A stretch of DNA of 28,912 bases from an uncultured archaeon (lineage in GTDB: Archaea > Thermoplasmatota > Penumbrarchaeia > CAZSUE01): the NCBI GenBank assembly GCA_964609045.1, contig CAZSUE010000001.1, positions 7,450 to 36,361 of the forward strand, read 5' to 3'. Below the pieces are notes generated by a model that was not told the DNA's origin, did no database searches, and saw only the letters and a list, made by a program, of their open reading frames with translations. Below, in pieces: positions 28,629 to 28,912 of the stretch (position 1 is the stretch's first letter; every line of letters begins with the position of its first letter). Both the position numbers and the translations under genes were made by a program.

Positions 28629-28912
28629 ATCAAACGAAAGAAGCTCGAGATGTTCATCGAGCGTGTACCCGATTATCCCGACCCCTCAGCGGATCTGGAA
28701 CAATACCCGACCCCCGCTCCCATCGCGGCGGAGATCCTCTATTATTGCACCGCACATGGTGATATCGCGAACCGGCGCATCCTCGATCTCGGTTGCGGCA
28801 CCGGTGTCTTTACGGTAGGTGCGGCCCTTCTCGGGGCGCGGTCGGTGTGCGGGTTCGATCGCAGTCCCGCGGCAGTGGTGGCTGCGAAGCGATTTGCATC
28901 CGCGTACGATCT
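28629..28912 (+). CDS. METTL5/COG2263-family SAM-dependent methyltransferase, 3' truncated by the window end
   Basis: The frame reads IKRKKLEMFIERVPDYPDPSADLEQYPTPAPIAAEILYYCTAHGDIANRRILDLGCGTGVFTVGAALLGARSVCGFD, with the family-typical LEQY.T motif and motif I DLGCGTG. It is missing from the ORF track. The start is uncertain (ATC 28629 or ATG 28650). Confidence 0.85.
   Translation, partial: MKRKKLEMFIERVPDYPDPSADLEQYPTPAPIAAEILYYCTAHGDIANRRILDLGCGTGVFTVGAALLGARSVCGFDRSPAAVVAAKRFASAYD

Noticed and set aside
28576-28818. 80-aa ORF upstream of and overlapping the methyltransferase
   Set aside because: Wrong frame: the METTL5 motifs are in the 28629 frame. A frameshift joining the two cannot be fully excluded without reads.
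1-28912. tRNA, rRNA, IS/transposase, integrase or defence genes
   Set aside because: No recognisable signatures were found on either strand by eye.

Overview
GC-rich archaeal chromosomal window, most likely Thermoplasmatota (inferred from the Hjc-type nuclease, TATA/BRE promoters, GGTGA/GGAGG ribosome-binding sites and the zinc-ribbon-tailed CARDB protein). The left part carries a very long Lhr helicase (about 1862 aa) whose C-terminal half looks like two tandem AlkZ/HTH_42-like modules, then an Hjc-like Holliday junction resolvase, then a triple-thioredoxin/CcdA(DsbD)-like membrane protein. About 60% of the window is one minus-strand gene for a roughly 5842-aa type I membrane protein: signal peptide, nine beta-helix + Ig-like units, 20 CARDB-like domains, one TM helix and a roughly 310-aa acidic cytoplasmic tail with five C4 zinc ribbons. 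Divergent from it are a heptad coiled-coil protein with a basic tail, a small membrane protein, a TIGR04076-like protein and a METTL5-like methyltransferase cut by the window end; the last two appear to start at ATC codons. Intergenic spacers carry short tandem repeats and GATC-centred palindromes. No rRNA, tRNA, CRISPR array or mobile element was recognised. All family assignments come from motif recognition by eye, not database searches.
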